Source: Nostoc sp. PCC 7120 = FACHB-418
GTDB lineage: Bacteria > Cyanobacteriota > Cyanobacteriia > Cyanobacteriales > Nostocaceae
Reading direction: 5' to 3'
Assembly (NCBI RefSeq): GCF_000009705.1
Contig: NC_003272.1
Location: 5,250,001-5,282,000, forward strand
DNA length: 32,000 nt
Numbering within the stretch: the first letter of the stretch is position 1; every line of letters starts with the position of its first letter. The notes below the pieces were generated by a model. The model was not told where the DNA came from. It saw only the letters and a list, made by a program, of their open reading frames with translations, and did not search any database. The position numbers were made by a program, and so were the translations under genes. Positions 27,865-32,000 of this stretch are shown piece after piece.

Positions 27865-28590
27865 TTATTTACTTACTAACAATTCCAGGTTTTCTGATAA
27901 GCTATTAAGCTCATCACTTAGTAATATCATGCCATTAATTTGCTCAGAATCATTTAAATCTGAGGTACGTAATTTTGTCTGCAATCTCTGCAATAAACCC
28001 GCAGAATCTTGAATTAAAGTAGAGATATTAATGATTCTAGCCAGGCGAGTATCTTCTCCTTCTTTAGCTAATTTGATATTACGTTGCAAACTATCTGCAA
28101 GTTGCTGCCAATGTTGTTTAGCGACACCGGAACTAGATGGCAGTTTTTGTTTAACTTCCTGCAATTGTTTCTTGAGGGAATCAACTGACAGTAGAGAATT
28201 ACTCCCGTTGATGTTCCATACTAAAGCATCAATTTTACCTGGAAGTGCAACAGCGCGATCGCAATTCGTTTGCAAGCCTGCCAAAAGTTCGATTTGAAAA
28301 GAATCTGTCAGCAATTTCTTAGCTTCTAAACGCAAGTCATTTGCCTGATTTGCCAATGCTAAAGCCGACACTTTCACAGAATTGATTTCTCTCTCCAACT
28401 CTGGATTATCTAATGTTAAAGATGGTGACTCACGGGATTTTAAAAAACTAGCTCCAATCATGGAAACTCCCGCCGCCACAGGTAACATAACTGGACTTGG
28501 CAAGCTTCCCAAACGCACACCCACAAATAAACTCACACCCCCAACCAAAACAGCCACCGGATAATCAAGCGGATTTACTAACTTCAACAT
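27865..28590 (-). CDS. 2-TM coiled-coil protein of unknown function
   Basis: 241 aa with two N-terminal hydrophobic helices (VAVLVGGVSLFVGVRL, VMLPVAAGVSMIGASFL) followed by leucine/glutamine-rich coiled coil. It sits between the two binding-domain genes with 30- and 59-nt gaps. Confidence 0.6.
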   Translation of the reverse strand: MLKLVNPLDYPVAVLVGGVSLFVGVRLGSLPSPVMLPVAAGVSMIGASFLKSRESPSLTLDNPELEREINSVKVSALALANQANDLRLEAKKLLTDSFQIELLAGLQTNCDRAVALPGKIDALVWNINGSNSLLSVDSLKKQLQEVKQKLPSSSGVAKQHWQQLADSLQRNIKLAKEGEDTRLARIINISTLIQDSAGLLQRLQTKLRTSDLNDSEQINGMILLSDELNSLSENLELLVSK

Positions 28591-28649
28591 AAAATCAACC
28601 TCAAAAACACTCCGCGCCCCTCTGCGCCTACCTTAGCGCCCCTCCGCGT

Positions 28650-30362
28650 TTAAAACTCAACCTGCAAATCCGACATCAACCGCGAAATCGTCTCCGGATC
28701 ACCTTTAGAATAATAACCTCCATTCAACTCAGCAATCTTCTTTAAAGCATCAGGATTAAACTCCCCTTCCTCACCATAACCAACAGTAAAAAAGCCAATT
28801 CTTTGGTCAGTAGAAAAACCACTTTTTTGCAACTCTGCTGATAGATTATCTAAAGATATTTGTGAACCGGAATCCTCCCCATCAGTTAATATCAAAACTG
28901 CATTAATCGCCCCTTCACGACGATTTTTTTGTAGCCAATTCCGCGCCTGCATAGCAGCATCATATAATCTTGTCCCACCATCAGCACGGAGACCACTAAT
29001 AAACTGCACACCGCGATCGCGTCCTTGGGGAGTACCATCTACTAAGACAGGCTCTCTAATTTCTGAGTCAAAATCAACCAAAGCAATTTGTTCTTTTTTG
29101 CCCAAATTCTTAATATAATTTTGCAAAGTATTTTGTACGGCTGGTAACTTGTTCCCCTCCATTGACCCCGAAGAATCCACCACAACCACCACTAACGATG
29201 GTTTTTTAGAAGCCTCCTGCCAAGATTTCAACATTGCATCTACCACCTCTGGTTTTGGTGGTCGCAGAGAATCATACTTAGCTTGGGCTACCACACCAAA
29301 TTCAGGAGAGAACTTTGCACCTAAAGCGACTCCTGGAGTTCCTGGTCGCAAACCTAAATCTGTGGCAAATTTTTGAGCATCAGGCGATCGCCAATAAGTG
29401 ATAAACTTTTCTGCACCAGCCTTCTCATCAGCACTCACCCAAGGTGCATTCGGCACAATTGCCCGCATATTAGAAGTAAACGTTGTTTTGGGGTAAACTG
29501 CCTGATAACGCTCCTGTCCTGGTTGCAAGCTGGAATTGGCAGCAATCACACTCGATTCATACACAGAACCCACAGAAGCCCAAAACGGCCCATTTTTCAC
29601 CATCGCTTGAGCAAGAGAATTTGTAGAAACGCCGTAACGAGTAATCTTGCTTTGGATTTGCTGAATTTGCGGCTGAAACGTCTGCACATCAGCAATGGTC
29701 AATTCTTCAGGACGCTTACCAGAAACACTAGTATACTGAGCTACTAAGGTTTGTAAACCGGAATTAGAACGAGTCGGCGCAGTGTGGACGTAATTAACTG
29801 TTAATGATGGTGAAGATGGGTCGATATCGCGGTGAGTTTTCGCTGTTACCAAAGCCTTATAAGCATCAGGGACTTTCTGTAAACCTCCAGCTACATCCGC
29901 CTGTGCCATAAATACCATTGGGCTATTAGCTAGCAATGGTGCATCAGTAATTTGAGGAATGTAATTTTGCCCCGGAAAAACTTGGTTTATGCGGTAAATT
30001 AACTGACTGTGATATATATCCCCATCCAGGGAAATTATTGTGGGAAAATCTGCCCCATCAGCCTGTAAAGTGCCGTTCTTTAACTGATTGGTCAATCCTA
30101 GCAACTTAGTAACAACATCACCGCTACCCTGTGCCTCACATTCCACCCGAAAAGCATTACCATTATCTAACTTAGGTTGCGTTGCATTAAAATTTTTTGC
30201 AGCTTGGTTACAAAAGTCTCCCAAGGCGCTGCCAACTAGAACTTTGACTTTTAAACCCGTAAAATTATCTGTTGAGTTGGAGTTACTGTTACAAGCGGTT
30301 AGTAACAGAACACCAAAAACTGCTACGAGGCGTATTTTTAACCAAGACCCTTTGAGAATCAT
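28650..30362 (-). CDS. Lipoprotein with a binding-protein-like domain fused to a C-terminal von Willebrand factor A (vWA/MIDAS) domain
   Basis: 570 aa with lipobox LLLTAC (Cys24). The binding-domain motif is TAPTRSNSG. The vWA motifs are VVVVDSSGSMEG and ILTDGEDSG. Confidence 0.8.
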   Translation of the reverse strand: MILKGSWLKIRLVAVFGVLLLTACNSNSNSTDNFTGLKVKVLVGSALGDFCNQAAKNFNATQPKLDNGNAFRVECEAQGSGDVVTKLLGLTNQLKNGTLQADGADFPTIISLDGDIYHSQLIYRINQVFPGQNYIPQITDAPLLANSPMVFMAQADVAGGLQKVPDAYKALVTAKTHRDIDPSSPSLTVNYVHTAPTRSNSGLQTLVAQYTSVSGKRPEELTIADVQTFQPQIQQIQSKITRYGVSTNSLAQAMVKNGPFWASVGSVYESSVIAANSSLQPGQERYQAVYPKTTFTSNMRAIVPNAPWVSADEKAGAEKFITYWRSPDAQKFATDLGLRPGTPGVALGAKFSPEFGVVAQAKYDSLRPPKPEVVDAMLKSWQEASKKPSLVVVVVDSSGSMEGNKLPAVQNTLQNYIKNLGKKEQIALVDFDSEIREPVLVDGTPQGRDRGVQFISGLRADGGTRLYDAAMQARNWLQKNRREGAINAVLILTDGEDSGSQISLDNLSAELQKSGFSTDQRIGFFTVGYGEEGEFNPDALKKIAELNGGYYSKGDPETISRLMSDLQVEF

Positions 30363-30719
30363 GTATTTATCCCAGCAAGTCGTTTATTGAAAATCGTTGC
30401 GCGCTCTAACTACTAGCCATACATTTATTAACACAATATTAGTGCCTGATTACACCAATACCCATCACAACCACAAATCCTTACCAGAGGATTCCTGAAA
30501 ACCTGCAAAACAAATTAATGAACGCTCAGGAAAAAATACATCGCATTTATGTGATAATCAGAACTCGTCAGTATTATTCCCCATCAAGACAGACTTCTTA
30601 AGGGTTAAGAAATTAAAATTTTGTTAAAAACCACTAAAAGCCGATGGGGAAACCGATGTTGTTTTGCCTTTATGGCAAGATAGAATACATAGGCCTTACT
30701 TAACTACAGGGAATCTCTT

Positions 30720-31358
30720 ATGGCTCTCCGTCTTGGTGATACAGTACCCAACTTTACACAAGCGTCTACACATGGCGACATAGATTTTTACGCATGGGCT
30801 GGTGATAGCTGGGTTGTGCTGTTTTCTCACCCTGCTGACTATACCCCAGTTTGTACAACTGAATTAGGAACAGTTGCCAAACTGAAACCAGAATTTGACA
30901 AGCGCAATGTGAAAGCGATCGCTCTTAGCGTTGATGATGTAGAATCTCACAACGGTTGGGTAGGCGACATTGAAGAAACTCAAAGCACCACACTCAACTA
31001 CCCCATTTTGGCAGATGCAGATCGTAAAGTTTCTGACCTTTACGACATGATTCATCCTAATGCGAATGCAGCTGTAACAGTGCGTTCAGTATTTGTGATT
31101 GATCCCAACAAAAAACTCCGTCTCACCTTCACCTATCCCCCCAGCACCGGACGTAACTTTGATGAACTGTTGCGAGTCATCGATTCCTTGCAACTCACCG
31201 ACAACTACAGCGTCGCTACCCCAGCCGACTGGAAAGATGGCGATAAGGTTGTCATCGTTCCCTCCCTCAAAGACCCCGAAGTCTTAAAAGAAAAATTCCC
31301 TAAAGGTTACGAAGTAGTCAAACCCTATTTGCGGTTAACTCCTCAACCTAACAAGTAA
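30720..31358 (+). CDS. 1-Cys peroxiredoxin (Prx6-type)
   Basis: 212 aa with LFSHPADYTPVCTTELG (peroxidatic Cys). No resolving Cys is present in the C-terminal part, and a typical Prx6-like C-terminal extension is present. Confidence 0.92.
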   Translation: MALRLGDTVPNFTQASTHGDIDFYAWAGDSWVVLFSHPADYTPVCTTELGTVAKLKPEFDKRNVKAIALSVDDVESHNGWVGDIEETQSTTLNYPILADADRKVSDLYDMIHPNANAAVTVRSVFVIDPNKKLRLTFTYPPSTGRNFDELLRVIDSLQLTDNYSVATPADWKDGDKVVIVPSLKDPEVLKEKFPKGYEVVKPYLRLTPQPNK

Positions 31359-31425
31359 TGATTGCTGAGTGAGAATAACTACTCAATATTGAGTAGATAA
31401 ATTTTTAAATCAATTCGTTTACAAG

Positions 31426-31453
31426 ACGCAAAGCTTTATCTTTGCGTTTTTTT
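31426..31453 (+). terminator. Rho-independent terminator downstream of the peroxiredoxin gene
   Basis: Stem ACGCAAAG (31426..31433) pairs with CTTTGCGT (31440..31447), with loop CTTTAT followed by T6 (31448..31453). Confidence 0.8.
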
Positions 31454-31497
31454 GTATTTACGTAAGAATGGAAAATAAAGTCAGCTTTTAAAATATT

Positions 31498-32000
31498 ATG
31501 CTGTCATCTTCCTTAGTGATCCAAATGCCGCCATCAATGCAAATGACAGACGAACAATTCTTTGATTTCTGTCAAGTAAATCGTGATCTACGCATTGAAA
31601 TGAATCAATTCGGAGAAATATCAATTATGCCACCTACAGGTTCAGAGACAGGAAATCGTAACTTTAATGTAGCTTTACAGCTAGGAGTTTGGTCAGAAAA
31701 AGATGGTACAGGTATTTGTTTTGACTCCAGTACAGGCTTTACATTATCCACGGGTGCAAAACGCTCTCCTGATGCTTCCTGGATGAAAGTAGAACGGTGG
31801 AATGCTTTATCATCAGAACAAAAACAAAGATTTGCACCGATTTGTCCTGATTTTGTCATTGAATTGCGATCGCCTAGCGACAACCTCCAACCCCTCAAAG
31901 ATAAAATGGCAGAATATATGCAAGAGCCAGGGGTACAATTAGGTTTTTTGATTGACCGCAAACATCGCCAAGTTTATATTTATCGTCCTGGTCAATCAGA
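31498..32000 (+). CDS. Uma2-family (DUF820) putative restriction-endonuclease-like protein, 3'-truncated by the window end
   Basis: This ORF is not in the supplied track because it runs off the window. My own translation from the ATG at 31498 (in-frame TAA at 31489) gives MLSSSLVIQMPPSMQMTDEQFFDFCQVNRDLRIEMNQFGEISIMPPTGSETGNRNFNVALQLGVWSEKDGTGICFDSSTGFTL...PDASWMKVERW...PDFVIELRSPSD. This is the typical Uma2 pattern (D...E.K-type core PDFVIE.RSPSD). Confidence 0.75.
   Translation, partial: MLSSSLVIQMPPSMQMTDEQFFDFCQVNRDLRIEMNQFGEISIMPPTGSETGNRNFNVALQLGVWSEKDGTGICFDSSTGFTLSTGAKRSPDASWMKVERWNALSSEQKQRFAPICPDFVIELRSPSDNLQPLKDKMAEYMQEPGVQLGFLIDRKHRQVYIYRPGQS

Noticed and set aside
30545-30565. 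Fur/PerR-like AT-rich box (TTATGTGATAATCAGAAC) upstream of the peroxiredoxin gene
   Set aside because: Only a partial half-site resemblance (GATAATCA) is present. AT-rich intergenic DNA gives such matches by chance, so it is not reported as a feature.
31605-31961. 118-aa minus-strand ORF near the window end
   Set aside because: It is fully antisense to the much better supported Uma2-family frame on the plus strand.
1-32000. Search for tRNA, rRNA, tmRNA, CRISPR arrays, riboswitch-like leaders, retron/RT, toxin-antitoxin pairs and integrases
   Set aside because: I saw no T-loop/acceptor-type sequences (GGTTCGAATCC-like) and no regularly spaced 28-37-nt direct repeats. There is no RT, integrase or recombinase ORF, and there are no small adjacent ORF pairs typical of TA modules. 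All tandem repeats present are 7-8-nt STRR-type arrays or the 42-bp coding duplication.

Overview
The window looks like a core-chromosome segment of a heterocyst-forming Nostocales cyanobacterium (Anabaena/Nostoc sp. PCC 7120-like). Supporting signs are an NtcA protein I recognise from memory, roughly 30 copies of the HIP1 octamer GCGATCGC, and many STRR-type heptamer arrays. About 25 genes are present, mostly housekeeping: hemB, an EF-G paralog, tpiA, folP, hisB, fabI, ntcA, pnp and a 1-Cys peroxiredoxin. Between them sit envelope and uncharacterised genes: a TPR protein, a GTPase with a membrane domain, an SPFH protein, a Wza/KpsD-like exporter, an orphan ABC ATPase, a coiled-coil protein, a GNAT and a YwqA-like SNF2 helicase. 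The only clear mobile DNA is one intact 909-bp IS5-family element (25698..26606). It has 23-bp inverted repeats, a TGA target duplication and a -1 frameshifted transposase, and it is inserted into the remnant of an older transposase gene. I found no tRNA, rRNA, CRISPR array, reverse transcriptase or recognisable multi-gene defence system. The best candidate for an undescribed system is the three-gene minus-strand module next to the IS (26722..30362). It encodes a lipoprotein with a binding-protein-like domain fused to a vWA/MIDAS domain, a 2-TM coiled-coil protein, and a membrane-anchored paralog of the binding domain alone, with no transporter partner. That call is inference from domain architecture only. 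Secondary points are an EF-G paralog lacking the canonical catalytic His, a perfect NtcA box upstream of ntcA, a long GU-tolerant stem in the ntcA 3' region, a 42-bp in-frame tandem duplication, and several families of small palindromic or heptamer repeats in intergenic regions.
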